IMG/VR virus record: IMGVR_UViG_3300048591_001609
Source of the DNA: an uncultured virus (IMG/VR IMGVR_UViG_3300048591_001609)
Taxonomy: Duplodnaviria; Heunggongvirae; Uroviricota; Caudoviricetes
Strand: one strand, 5' to 3'
Length of the DNA: 64,000 nt
The number at the start of each line of letters is the position of its first letter. The first letter of the stretch is position 1. The notes below the pieces were generated by a model. The model searched no databases. It saw only the letters and a program-made list of their open reading frames with translations, and was not told the origin of the DNA. Shown piece after piece: positions 54,695-64,000 of the stretch. Position numbers and translations under genes: made by a program.

Positions 54695-57600
54695 ATGCCT
54701 GATTACATCGGCAATGTCCCGGTCCCGGAGATCGCGCCAAGCGGCATCTTTCCGCTCGTTCCCGACTATCCATATGGCATTGCCAGGGCGCCAGAAGTGG
54801 TCATCCACGCATTCGGCTCGGGCAACGCCAAGATCGAGCAGCGTTTCCTGCTTGGTACCGGCACCCGCCAGTTCACCGTCCGTAAGGCCTGGCTGCGCGA
54901 CAGCGAGCGGATAGCCCTGCGGAACTTCTGGGAAACGAAGTACGGGCCCTACGGCGCGTTCACCTACAACGCTCCGAACGCCGATGGAACCGGAACCTCG
55001 CCGGTCATTTGCCGCTTCGCCAACGAACCGCTCTCATGGGAGATGGTGTCCGAGTGGGCGTGCTCGCTGGGCGTAACGCTCATCGAGATTCCGGCGACCA
55101 CGCCGACATACCCGCTCAACCAGACCGTCCATCGCTTCCCGCCAGCCGCCCTCCAGACCGCACTGCTTTCTCAGGTCCAGGAGATCATCCCGCTCGTGCG
55201 GATCCAGCCGCTCGAACCCGGCTATCCCGCCATCCATCTTTCCGATCGCCGGTGCATCATCGGCTCTCAGCTTTACCAGGCTCGCATCCTGGAACTTGAG
55301 GGAATCTCCCAGGGCATGGGCAACGAATCGGACGAAGCCCAGTTCCGCTTCGGCAATGCTGATCGCGTGATGCATGCCCTTGCGAACGACGTCGATCTCT
55401 TCCGGGCCGAGCTTGCCTTCAGCCTCTTCCATGTGGGAACCGGCATCGAACTCGATCTCTGGAAGGGCAACATCGTCAACTGGGCCGCGGATTCCGGACC
55501 CGAGTTCCGCGTTACCGCCGCCGACGGTCTCTACGAGCTGAACCTCCCCTATCCGACGCGACGCATTTCGCGCACCTGCTGGAAAGCCTTCGACAGCACA
55601 GCCTGCCCCTTCGCAAGCCACGGATCGCTCGATCTCATGCAATTCCCTTCGGCCAGCCCGTCCTCCTGCGACAAGGGCTTCGATACCCCGAACGGCTGTC
55701 GGGCGCACGGCATGGGCAACTTCTACGGCGGCATCGTCGCCAAGCCGCAGGGCGTGCGGATCAAAGATAACTCGACCGGCGTTTGGGGGTTCGGGCGATC
55801 GACGCTCACCTCTGTCTCGCTCATCGCGGATTCGATCTACGATCAGGTGCTCCCCGAGATCTACACCGATTCGCCGATGCCCGTAAACGCCAAGATCGCA
55901 TCTGGTCGCGATGAGAGCGACTTCTATGCGGCTCTCGGCATCGTGGGCGAAGGTCCGCTCGGTGGCTATGGCAGCGGGCACAAACTCGATGGGCAATACC
56001 ACCACGGCTATCCCGGCTCGCTCGGGCTGATGGCGACGCTCGGCGGGGACCCCAACCCGACCCCGTTCGGCATGGACACGGACCCGTCCGTCGAGCGTGC
56101 CGCCGGAACGGCCTTCATGATGCTGCGGCGCGCGGATTCGAAAGGCCTGCAATTGACCCGGATTTCCGAGCACACCATGGAAGTGACGGTGGCGTTGGGC
56201 CTCGCTGGCTGGACCTGGTCCTCGCCCGGTCTTCGCTTCTGGGGATCCCCGCTGACGAACCCCATCTGGATCGCCATCAACATGCTGCTCCGCGCCCGGG
56301 GGATCCGACTCGGGATGGTGACAACCGCGCAGCAACTCGACTTCGCTGAGACGCTGTTCGACGTCAACGCCGCGGCCGCCGCAGCAGCGGTCTGTGACCT
56401 GCCTGCAGCCAAACTGGTGGGCGAGGGAACGGAAACCCAGTTCCGATTCCGCGGGGTGCTCCAAGAAGAGAAGCCACTGCGCGACTGGCTCCAGGAAGTT
56501 TTGATGAATTGCCTGGGCTACTACACCTTTGCCAACGGTAAGCTCAAGCTCGGCGTGCGCGTGAACTCCTCGGTCGCCGAAGCGTTCACCGAAGGCAATA
56601 TCCTTTTCCGCAGCCTGCAACTCACCCCACTACGGCCCGCATTCAACCATCTCACCGCCAACTTTGCCGACGAGGAATTCGAGTATGTTGCCAATGCCGT
56701 GTCGCTTTATGACATGGATCACGCAATGTTGGTCGGTGGCGCCGGTGGGCCATTGTTCCTCAAGTCCACGGTGAACTTGGCGGGCACATCCTCGAAGTCC
56801 CAGGCAGCGCGGATCATAACCTGCCGCCTGAGGGAGGAAATGGGCGGCATCACGCCAGAGGAATGGAAGCGGGCGCGGCGGTTGAGCTTTAAGACGACAG
56901 TGCTTGCGCTCAACACCGAGCCTGGCATGGTCTGCTCGATGACGCATCCCGACATGCCGGGCGGTTCCGGCGAGTTCCGCGTCACCTCCTGGCGGCTCAA
57001 TCCCGATTACTCGATCGACATCGAAGGGCGCACCACCACCGATTCGATGTACGACCTGGTCAGCGGTCCCAAGCCCGCCGACGTACCGGCCTCACCCGTT
57101 CCCGGTGAGCCCGGATGGGACTTCGCCGCACCCCCGGCGCCACTCTTTGGAGTCTCCTCGCTCGATGGCATTTTGCTCTTCGGCGCCGTGGGTTTCGAGG
57201 ATCTCACCAACACGAAGACCATCGCCGCACTCACTTTCACCGTCTGGCACTTCGACGAAACGGCGTTCTTTACGACGACTCTGTCTGTCACCATCACAGA
57301 CGCCGATACCGCCCTCACCGGCACAGACCTGACCGCTTTCGGTGACGGAGATCTCGCGTTGCTCGGCAGCGAGATCGTGAAACTGGTGTCCGTGGATGGA
57401 AATACCGCCACCATCGAGCGAGCACAGAAGGGATCCACAGCCGCCATGCATGATGCGGGCGTGAAGCTCATTCGCCTTGACCGGCGGCTGTTCGTTTACA
57501 ACGTCCCGAAGAACTTCTACGGCACCCCGGAGTCCGGTTCCTGGGAAGCGCGCGAGCCATTTCGCTCGATGGCCGTCTGTGCCGTCGAACTCTACGCCAC

Positions 57601-58009
57601 GAATTTCCATGGCAACTCGCCGGTGACGACCAACAATTACACGTCGACGCTGATTGACGGGCGCCTCCGCATCCTCAGCGGCGAGCAGGTCGATCTGATT
57701 GTCGAAGGTATCATCGGCATCGAGAGCGACGCGGTCCCGGCTGTCTACCTGCGCCAGCCGGCAAGCATCCGCGACATCTACGCCTACTGCCGCACGGCGC
57801 CGCAGGATGGCAACATCACCGCGGTCGTGAAGGTGAACGGAAACCCGGTCGCAACGGTCACCATCAACGACGGCCAGAACTTCCCGGCCAACACCGTCGA
57901 CGGCAAAGACCTGCCCGCCATCCTCCCCACCGAACCCATCACGCTTGATGTCACCGGCGTGGGCCTCACCTATCCCGGCGAACGGCTGGTGGTGACCATC
58001 CGTTTCTGA
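54695..58009 (+). CDS. Tail tip/hub protein (Dit-like + gpL-like Cys cluster + central-fibre-like)
   Basis: 1104 aa; RTCWK..ACP..CDKGF..GC..NFYGG; TNPIWI, FRFRGVL..LQEVL..C.G. Confidence 0.75.
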   Translation: MPDYIGNVPVPEIAPSGIFPLVPDYPYGIARAPEVVIHAFGSGNAKIEQRFLLGTGTRQFTVRKAWLRDSERIALRNFWETKYGPYGAFTYNAPNADGTGTSPVICRFANEPLSWEMVSEWACSLGVTLIEIPATTPTYPLNQTVHRFPPAALQTALLSQVQEIIPLVRIQPLEPGYPAIHLSDRRCIIGSQLYQARILELEGISQGMGNESDEAQFRFGNADRVMHALANDVDLFRAELAFSLFHVGTGIELDLWKGNIVNWAADSGPEFRVTAADGLYELNLPYPTRRISRTCWKAFDSTACPFASHGSLDLMQFPSASPSSCDKGFDTPNGCRAHGMGNFYGGIVAKPQGVRIKDNSTGVWGFGRSTLTSVSLIADSIYDQVLPEIYTDSPMPVNAKIASGRDESDFYAALGIVGEGPLGGYGSGHKLDGQYHHGYPGSLGLMATLGGDPNPTPFGMDTDPSVERAAGTAFMMLRRADSKGLQLTRISEHTMEVTVALGLAGWTWSSPGLRFWGSPLTNPIWIAINMLLRARGIRLGMVTTAQQLDFAETLFDVNAAAAAAAVCDLPAAKLVGEGTETQFRFRGVLQEEKPLRDWLQEVLMNCLGYYTFANGKLKLGVRVNSSVAEAFTEGNILFRSLQLTPLRPAFNHLTANFADEEFEYVANAVSLYDMDHAMLVGGAGGPLFLKSTVNLAGTSSKSQAARIITCRLREEMGGITPEEWKRARRLSFKTTVLALNTEPGMVCSMTHPDMPGGSGEFRVTSWRLNPDYSIDIEGRTTTDSMYDLVSGPKPADVPASPVPGEPGWDFAAPPAPLFGVSSLDGILLFGAVGFEDLTNTKTIAALTFTVWHFDETAFFTTTLSVTITDADTALTGTDLTAFGDGDLALLGSEIVKLVSVDGNTATIERAQKGSTAAMHDAGVKLIRLDRRLFVYNVPKNFYGTPESGSWEAREPFRSMAVCAVELYATNFHGNSPVTTNNYTSTLIDGRLRILSGEQVDLIVEGIIGIESDAVPAVYLRQPASIRDIYAYCRTAPQDGNITAVVKVNGNPVATVTINDGQNFPANTVDGKDLPAILPTEPITLDVTGVGLTYPGERLVVTIRF

Positions 58010-58013
58010 CGCG

Positions 58014-61004
58014 ATGGAAACTATCTACAAGCTCCAGCCCAACCGCACCATCCACCTGCAGGGTTTCTCTGACTTCGGCGCCGCGGCCGCTCTGCACTCC
58101 ACCACCGAATCCAGCTTCAAAGTCTCGGGCGTCTTCCGCGACGCGGCTGACTTCTGCGTCCTCGTCCTCTGGGACCGCGACGATTTCTACGGTCATCCCC
58201 GCTTCTCCTACCTGCCGGATCCCGATTTCTCGGGCCTCGTTCTCACCTTCGATCTTCACTACGACAACCTCCAGCCCATCGACTCCCCGAAGTACGCCAC
58301 CATCGATTGGCCCTACCTCAATTGCCTGAGCACGGATGGCACACTCGTCCAGATCCCGCTGTCCGCGCACGCCACCCAGGTGGGTGGCACCTATACCCCA
58401 GCCAGTGGCTCCTTCACTCTCATCGATGCCGGCATGCAGTCCTACGACCGGGTGACGCTCTGGTACCAGAACCTCGCCTTCGATTACATCGTTCCCGGCA
58501 AACTCGAAACCGAGTTTCCGTTCTACGCCGCTGGTGCCGGCACCGTGCACTCGATCAGCGTCGCGGGTACTGTTTATACCTACACGGAGCAGCCGGGAGA
58601 TGGCAGTGCCTCGGTAGCCAACGCCCTCGTGGGGATCCTCAACGGGATACCTGATCCCAATGTGGAGGCATCCATCGGCAGCCAAGCCCACGTCGTCCGG
58701 CTGGTGCGGAAGCAGGACACCGGCTTGAGCTTCACCGTCTCCGCCTCAGGCAGCGGCGCCGACACTATCCACCATGTAAAGGACACGACGATCTGCCGTG
58801 CGATCTGCGATCAGATCAATGGCACCGACTGGAATACCCTCGGCGCGCTTATCCCGCTCGAGGCGTCGGCCTCCGGCAGTGTCCTTACCGTCACTGCCAT
58901 CCGGCCTGGAGAGGACAGCAACATGATCCGCCTATACGAGTTGCACAAGAACGGCAATCTCTACTTCACCCCCGAGGTATGTGCGCTCGCGGGAGGCTCC
59001 TCCGATGCCACCTGGCACGTGTACGTGGACTTCTCCGCCCACGGTGCCACGAGCCTGCAGAAGGTCTGGATGACCTTCGCGCCGCGATTGGCCAACGGCA
59101 TGGAGTATGCCGCCGAGGAATGGCAGGCAACCTTTGCAAACTGGACCGTTGCCGATCCCCTGGGCACACGTGCCCTCAAAGTGGCCGGACCCCAGTCCGT
59201 GCGGATCGAAGAGAACGATTCCTGGGTGGTATACGACGGCTTCTGGGAGTGGTCACCGCCGCAGTTCTTCAGCGAAGGGCGTGCGCGCCGCGCTGCTTCT
59301 TCGGTGGCGCGGGCGATTGTCGAAACCCACTGTGGCGTGACGCATGACATTTATCTCGGCACCCGGATTGATTTCGATTGCGGCATCGTCGAAGTGCGCC
59401 TCGATGGTGGTCCACCTGTGGAACTCGACTGCTATGAGGAAGCCACAACGGCTCGCCAGGTACGCCGTATGGTTTTCGCTAATGTGCCCGCGGGACAGCA
59501 CTCTGTCGAGATCCGTCTTGCCGGCACGAGGAATTCCGCGAGCCAGGGCTTCTACTACTACTTCGATTTCCTGGAATGCGCGGTCCCTTCCGATGTGCCG
59601 GAGGCACCGGAACTGCGCACTGATGTGGGCGTCGCCTGCGATTACGGCACCGACCACACCTACAAGCTTTCCCCGCAGCGGCTCGTGTGGGCGATCCGCA
59701 AGCTGGGCCTCACCGGCGAGATCGACCACTACCTTTCCGTCTTCTGGTGGAACCAGCGCAAGCGCGTGGGTGGTGTGTTCCCATCGGTGGCCGTCACCTT
59801 TGGCGGTACCTGGGCCGATGGCGATGCCGCATTCGTGACCATCGGTGGCACCACCATCGGCAAGTCCGTCTTCCCCGCAGACACGCCCGAATCCATTGCC
59901 CGGCACTTCGCCTGCTACATCAACGGAACGTTCGTCGGTGTGTGGGCACAGGTCAGTGGAGGGACGCTGACGATCACCACACGTTCGCCGGCACCAGCCT
60001 ACTCGTTCACGTTCGCCCAATCCCACAACTCCGCGGGCGGCACAGTGTCGGTCTCCGGATCTCTGGAGAACGGCGTCATGGGAGAGTGGGTGATCGATGA
60101 GACTGCTGTGCCGGTTTTCAATCGCGCTGCACGCGACTGGCATGCTGATTACTTCGCCAAACTCGTCGCCAACGGCATGACCTGCGTATCCGCCTTCAGC
60201 CAGGAACTGGTCCTGCCGCCGGATAACTCGCCCGACGCCGTTTGGGTTCAGCGCTATCCGGACGGAAGCCCCGTTGAAACAGCCACCGGCTTCGCCAACA
60301 AGCTCTCCTCGCACTGCGCCTTTGCCCCACCGTTCCGGAACTACATCCAGCTAGCCTACGCCGAGGTCGCCGCACTGATGGAACTCGCTGGCCTAGAAGC
60401 CCGGCTCCAGTTCGGCGAGGTCCTCTGGTGGTTTTTCCCGAACGCCTCGGGCATGGCCCTCTACGACGCGCACACAACCGCGGCATTTCAAGCTGCCCAC
60501 GGCCGCCCACTCCACCTTTTCCTCATGCCGAATGACGACCCATCGGTGAACGGCCACACCGACGCCAACTTCCTTCGCCAGACCGTCCGCGACCACGTTG
60601 CCGCCATCCGAGCCTACGTCCTCGCCAGCCACCCCAACGCGAAGTTCGAGATCCTATGGCCCCTCGACGTCAACGATCCCCACACCCGCCAACTCAACCG
60701 CTATACCAACCTGCCACCGGAGTGGGAAGCCAGAACCGGCTCAGGCTTCGATACTTTCATGGTTGAAGGCTTCCAGTACGCTGGCATCGAGAGAAACCTC
60801 GACAAAGTCCGCTGGATGGCAGGCTACCCCTTCGAAGTCCTCGCTTGGCCCCGCGAGTGCTGCCGTTATCTGATGGGAGTCTTTAATGCCGGATGGCCAT
60901 GGGTGCGCGATGCCGCATCGGCGAAGAAGTCAGGCCTACTTATGATTAGGATTTGGGCGATTGATCACCTGTGCCTCCTTGGACGCGCAGGTTGGAACGA
61001 TTAG
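58014..61004 (+). CDS. Large tail-associated protein
   Basis: 996-aa ORF, last gene of tail operon; beta-rich N/mid region and aromatic-rich C-terminal domain (QFGEVLWW). Confidence 0.65.
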   Translation: METIYKLQPNRTIHLQGFSDFGAAAALHSTTESSFKVSGVFRDAADFCVLVLWDRDDFYGHPRFSYLPDPDFSGLVLTFDLHYDNLQPIDSPKYATIDWPYLNCLSTDGTLVQIPLSAHATQVGGTYTPASGSFTLIDAGMQSYDRVTLWYQNLAFDYIVPGKLETEFPFYAAGAGTVHSISVAGTVYTYTEQPGDGSASVANALVGILNGIPDPNVEASIGSQAHVVRLVRKQDTGLSFTVSASGSGADTIHHVKDTTICRAICDQINGTDWNTLGALIPLEASASGSVLTVTAIRPGEDSNMIRLYELHKNGNLYFTPEVCALAGGSSDATWHVYVDFSAHGATSLQKVWMTFAPRLANGMEYAAEEWQATFANWTVADPLGTRALKVAGPQSVRIEENDSWVVYDGFWEWSPPQFFSEGRARRAASSVARAIVETHCGVTHDIYLGTRIDFDCGIVEVRLDGGPPVELDCYEEATTARQVRRMVFANVPAGQHSVEIRLAGTRNSASQGFYYYFDFLECAVPSDVPEAPELRTDVGVACDYGTDHTYKLSPQRLVWAIRKLGLTGEIDHYLSVFWWNQRKRVGGVFPSVAVTFGGTWADGDAAFVTIGGTTIGKSVFPADTPESIARHFACYINGTFVGVWAQVSGGTLTITTRSPAPAYSFTFAQSHNSAGGTVSVSGSLENGVMGEWVIDETAVPVFNRAARDWHADYFAKLVANGMTCVSAFSQELVLPPDNSPDAVWVQRYPDGSPVETATGFANKLSSHCAFAPPFRNYIQLAYAEVAALMELAGLEARLQFGEVLWWFFPNASGMALYDAHTTAAFQAAHGRPLHLFLMPNDDPSVNGHTDANFLRQTVRDHVAAIRAYVLASHPNAKFEILWPLDVNDPHTRQLNRYTNLPPEWEARTGSGFDTFMVEGFQYAGIERNLDKVRWMAGYPFEVLAWPRECCRYLMGVFNAGWPWVRDAASAKKSGLLMIRIWAIDHLCLLGRAGWND

Positions 61005-61051
61005 GAAATGGACCCTCAAGATCCCAATGAACAATCCGAGCACTGCGCTTT

Positions 61052-63595
61052 CTAAAATTGCAGCCGACATCCAATCTGAATCCGGCGTGCCGGCTGGGTC
61101 TCGACGGCCTGACCGAAGAATGGGGACGTGAGGGATCCGACGTAGTTCGCGTAGTTCACGCGGTTCAGCAGGTTGAACGCATCGACGGACAGCGTAAGAC
61201 TTGGGCTTTTGTCCTTTTTCTCTGGCAAGAAGCGAAAGTCCCGGAACCACCGAAGGTCGATCACGGCGCTGCCGGGACCGAGGCCGGTGTTCCTGGTGGT
61301 TCCCGCGGGCCGGTCGATGGCCATGCCGTCGCGGTTGTCGTCCCGCCCGGTGGTGACGTTGAAGGGGATCCCCGACAGCAGCGACAGGGAGGCTCCGAAG
61401 TTCGCCCAGCGGTGCAGTGAGGCGGTCGCCAGGAGGTTCAGCTTGTGGCGCCGATCGGAATCGGCCCGGCCCCACTCCCCCTCCGGAGCGAAGCTATTGG
61501 CAGGGAACCAGTTCAGGCCGTTGGTGTCCGCGAGAGTCCGGCTGAAGACGTATTGCGCCATTCCTGTCACACGCGGAGCAAGGTTTCCTCGAAGGGTGAT
61601 CTCCAACCCGTTGTTTTCCATTCGCCCGGCCGATTCGATTTCGCGAAGCACATTGAGTGTGGAGTCCGGGCGACTGGCAAAGTGGGGCGGCAGGGGCGCG
61701 TTGGCATCCCGGGAACGGAACTGTTGCACCGCGCGCGTTCCGACGTAGCTCACGGCCATCGTTGTGTTTTTGGCGAGTTGCTGCTCGATGCCAAAGGAGA
61801 ATTGCATCGTATTCGGCAGTTCGGTGCCGCCGCCGATCCGGTGGACGCTTGTAGGAAACCCTTGCAAGGTGTCATCGCTAAGGTCCGGCGGGATTTGCGC
61901 CGCACTTAGGACGTAGCGCCGGAGTTGCACGCCATCGAAGCGACGAATGTCGAAGATTGGCCCTGGTCCAGAGCGGTCAAAGAAGAAGCCGGCGCCGGTC
62001 CGGATGACGGTTTTTCGCGCCTTGAATGGCGCCCAGGCAATAGCCAGCCTCGGAGCGAGGTTATTCGTATCGCCGAAGTTGTTCTGCCAGTCATAGCGCA
62101 GACCCATGGCGAGCGAGAAGTCTGGGCGGATCTGCCACTCGTCCTGGAAAAAGCCCCCGACGTTTTTTTCGATAAAGACCACGCGCGGATCGCCGCGTTG
62201 CGCGACCGCGGCAAACGGACGCGCTACTTCAAGGTCCGCAAGGGAGGCGTAGGAGAAGGTTCCGATTTGGTTTGAACGATCTGACAGTCCGCGGCGGCTC
62301 CAGTCCGGGATGTTGAAGCCGTATTTCAACGTGTGCTTCCCCGCGGTCTGCGTCAGAAGCCAAGTGATCGAAGTGTGGGCCTCGGTCGACAAACGGTCTG
62401 CCTGCGCGCCTCCCTGGGTGACGGCATCGCTCACGACAACCCGAGCGGCATCGAGATTGCTGCTGGTGGGCGACCAGTAGCGGCCGATGAGGATGCGAAA
62501 CTGCGACAGCAGATTCGGTGTGATGACGCCACGGTGATTGAACACGAACTCGTCTTCCCGGAAGCGCGACTGCGTCCCGGTTTCGGCGAGCGAGGTTCCC
62601 CCGACGCCAACATTGTCCTGCCAGCGGTCCTGGAAGTTGAGCTGCACGAACAAGGTCTGCTGTTCACTGAGCTGGTGGCTCAAACGCAGGGAAGCGACCG
62701 TATTCACCCGGGGCGTGGGCACATTCTGATTGATGGGGCCTCTTGGACCTTGCGCGAACACTACGGCAAACAAGTCCTCTTCCTCGCGGGCGCCCGAAAG
62801 CAGGAATGAGGTGTTCCTGCTCTTGCCGACTGGGCCGAACAGGCTTCCTTCGAAGATGCGGCGTTGTTCCTGAGGCCGATCGACGGCAAGGGCATCGCGG
62901 GCGTTGAGGCGGTAATCCCGAAGCAGAAAGTTGAAGGTGCCGTGGTAGGCGTCCGCGGACGCCTTGGTAGTCACCTCGATGCGGCGCCGGCTCCACCGCG
63001 GATACTCCACGGTGTAGGGGTTGTTGTTGATGCGGATTTCCTGAATCGCCGAAGCGGTGACCCCTACGTTCCGCATCTCCATGCCATCGACGATGATGGA
63101 CGTGCCGGAGCCACCGGGCGAACCGGGATCGAGGAAGCGGCTTAGTGCAGCGATGTAGTCCAGGCCCAGAACGGGAAGGTTGTCGAGCATGGAGCGCTCC
63201 ACGGAAATCGCGTCCACATTGCTTGCCGAATCAGTGGAGACCTCAGTCGGCTGGTCGGGAACTTCGATGGTCTCTTCCAGGCGGGCAAGCGAAAGTTGGA
63301 TGGAGACCGGACGCGGAGCGCGGCTGCCGACGCGCACCGTCGTCGCGATGTGTTCGAATCCGGGGATGGCGATGCGGATTTCGTAGCTTCCTTGTGGAAC
63401 GGAATCGAACCGGAACTCACCCCGGTCATTGGTGAATGTCTCGGCTTGCGCCTGCGCACCCTGGAGCAGGACTCGGGCGGCCGGGATAGCGAGATTTGCC
63501 GGATCGCGGACTGTGCCGCTGACAGGTACACCGGATGCGCCGGTCTGGCCAAGAGCCGCAAGGACGGCAAGGAATAGCGCGATAGCGAGCCTCAT
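61052..63595 (-). CDS. TonB-dependent receptor with carboxypeptidase-regulatory-like N-terminal domain (Oar-like)
   Basis: Signal peptide, VSGTVRD..TNDRGEFRF, FFQDEWQI..GLRYD, APRLAIAW, C-terminal Phe (RLQF). Confidence 0.9.
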   Translation of the reverse strand: MRLAIALFLAVLAALGQTGASGVPVSGTVRDPANLAIPAARVLLQGAQAQAETFTNDRGEFRFDSVPQGSYEIRIAIPGFEHIATTVRVGSRAPRPVSIQLSLARLEETIEVPDQPTEVSTDSASNVDAISVERSMLDNLPVLGLDYIAALSRFLDPGSPGGSGTSIIVDGMEMRNVGVTASAIQEIRINNNPYTVEYPRWSRRRIEVTTKASADAYHGTFNFLLRDYRLNARDALAVDRPQEQRRIFEGSLFGPVGKSRNTSFLLSGAREEEDLFAVVFAQGPRGPINQNVPTPRVNTVASLRLSHQLSEQQTLFVQLNFQDRWQDNVGVGGTSLAETGTQSRFREDEFVFNHRGVITPNLLSQFRILIGRYWSPTSSNLDAARVVVSDAVTQGGAQADRLSTEAHTSITWLLTQTAGKHTLKYGFNIPDWSRRGLSDRSNQIGTFSYASLADLEVARPFAAVAQRGDPRVVFIEKNVGGFFQDEWQIRPDFSLAMGLRYDWQNNFGDTNNLAPRLAIAWAPFKARKTVIRTGAGFFFDRSGPGPIFDIRRFDGVQLRRYVLSAAQIPPDLSDDTLQGFPTSVHRIGGGTELPNTMQFSFGIEQQLAKNTTMAVSYVGTRAVQQFRSRDANAPLPPHFASRPDSTLNVLREIESAGRMENNGLEITLRGNLAPRVTGMAQYVFSRTLADTNGLNWFPANSFAPEGEWGRADSDRRHKLNLLATASLHRWANFGASLSLLSGIPFNVTTGRDDNRDGMAIDRPAGTTRNTGLGPGSAVIDLRWFRDFRFLPEKKDKSPSLTLSVDAFNLLNRVNYANYVGSLTSPFFGQAVETQPARRIQIGCRLQF

Positions 63596-64000
63596 GATTC
63601 TCCTTTGGGCAATCTGACCGTGAAAGTACTTCCCGCGCCTGGCGTGCTCTCAACAAGGATTGCCCCGCCGTGTGCTTCCACAATCCACTTCGCGAGTGAC
63701 AGTCCGAGCCCCGCACCCCCGGAATCGCGGCTGCGCGATGGATCGGCCCGGTAGAATCGTTCGAAGATACGCGGAATGTGCTCCGCGCCAATACCAATTC
63801 CGGAATCCTGGACCTCGATCCGGATGAAATCGGACGCCGGTTTCGCCAGAACGGTGACAGTCCCGCCCGGGTGCGTGTATTTGAGAGCGTTATCGAGGAG
63901 GATTAGCAGGAGCCTCCGCAGCGAACTGCCATCGCCGACTACGGACAGGGGCTCCGGGACTGGTTCGTAGATGAGGCGAATCTCTCTCTCGTTCGCCAGC
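63592..64000 (-). CDS. Sensor histidine kinase, C-terminal HATPase_c (partial)
   Basis: My translation: LLILLDNALKYT..VQDSGIGI..IFERFYRAD..GAGLGLSLAKWIVEAHGG..GSTFTVRLP; TGA overlaps receptor ATG. Confidence 0.9.
   Translation of the reverse strand, partial: LANEREIRLIYEPVPEPLSVVGDGSSLRRLLLILLDNALKYTHPGGTVTVLAKPASDFIRIEVQDSGIGIGAEHIPRIFERFYRADPSRSRDSGGAGLGLSLAKWIVEAHGGAILVESTPGAGSTFTVRLPKGES

Larger units (their letters stand above)
4150..61050. mobile_element. Integrated temperate siphovirus prophage (~57 kb, lambda-like head, serine integrase); ends approximate
   Basis: Serine recombinase at left, replication module, TerS/GpA/portal/capsid, tail tube, tape measure and tail tip genes, ending convergent with a host TonB receptor; att sites not identified. 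Confidence 0.85.

Noticed and set aside
52471..61004. Diversity-generating retroelement or invertible tail-fibre cassette
   Set aside because: No reverse transcriptase, no TR/VR repeat pair and no nearby invertase noticed

Overview
Most of the window (~4.2-61.0 kb) is an apparently complete ~57 kb integrated lambda-like siphovirus prophage in a GC-rich bacterium. The flanking Oar-type TonB-dependent receptor suggests an Acidobacteriota host, but this is inference. From left to right: a flanking Mre11/SbcD-like + Rad50/YhaN-like pair; a DUF2924 + large serine recombinase module; a ~10 kb accessory/defence cargo; an early/recombination/replication region (HTH, sigma-like factor, PD-(D/E)XK nuclease, AAA_24, DUF669, HNH, ERCC4, RecD2, primase-helicase, iteron array); a candidate lambda-type cos site; two ParB-N DNA methyltransferases; TerS/GpA, portal, protease-capsid fusion and non-contractile tail genes with a -1 frameshift chaperone; then host genes (TonB-dependent receptor, partial histidine kinase). 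The best candidate for a new system is the six-gene operon at 7322-13828: RHH-fused N4-cytosine-type methyltransferase, unknown 180-aa protein, PLD-nuclease/SF2 helicase, 63-aa protein, DndD/Rad50-like ABC ATPase and DndE-like protein. It looks like a Dnd-like machine without DndA/DndC, paired instead with a methyltransferase and followed by two HEPN-like genes. Also notable are an HTH-ParA + partner pair with twin operators over its promoter and a GHKL-ATPase/nuclease moron inside the tail operon. All family assignments come from motif reading; no database searches were run.
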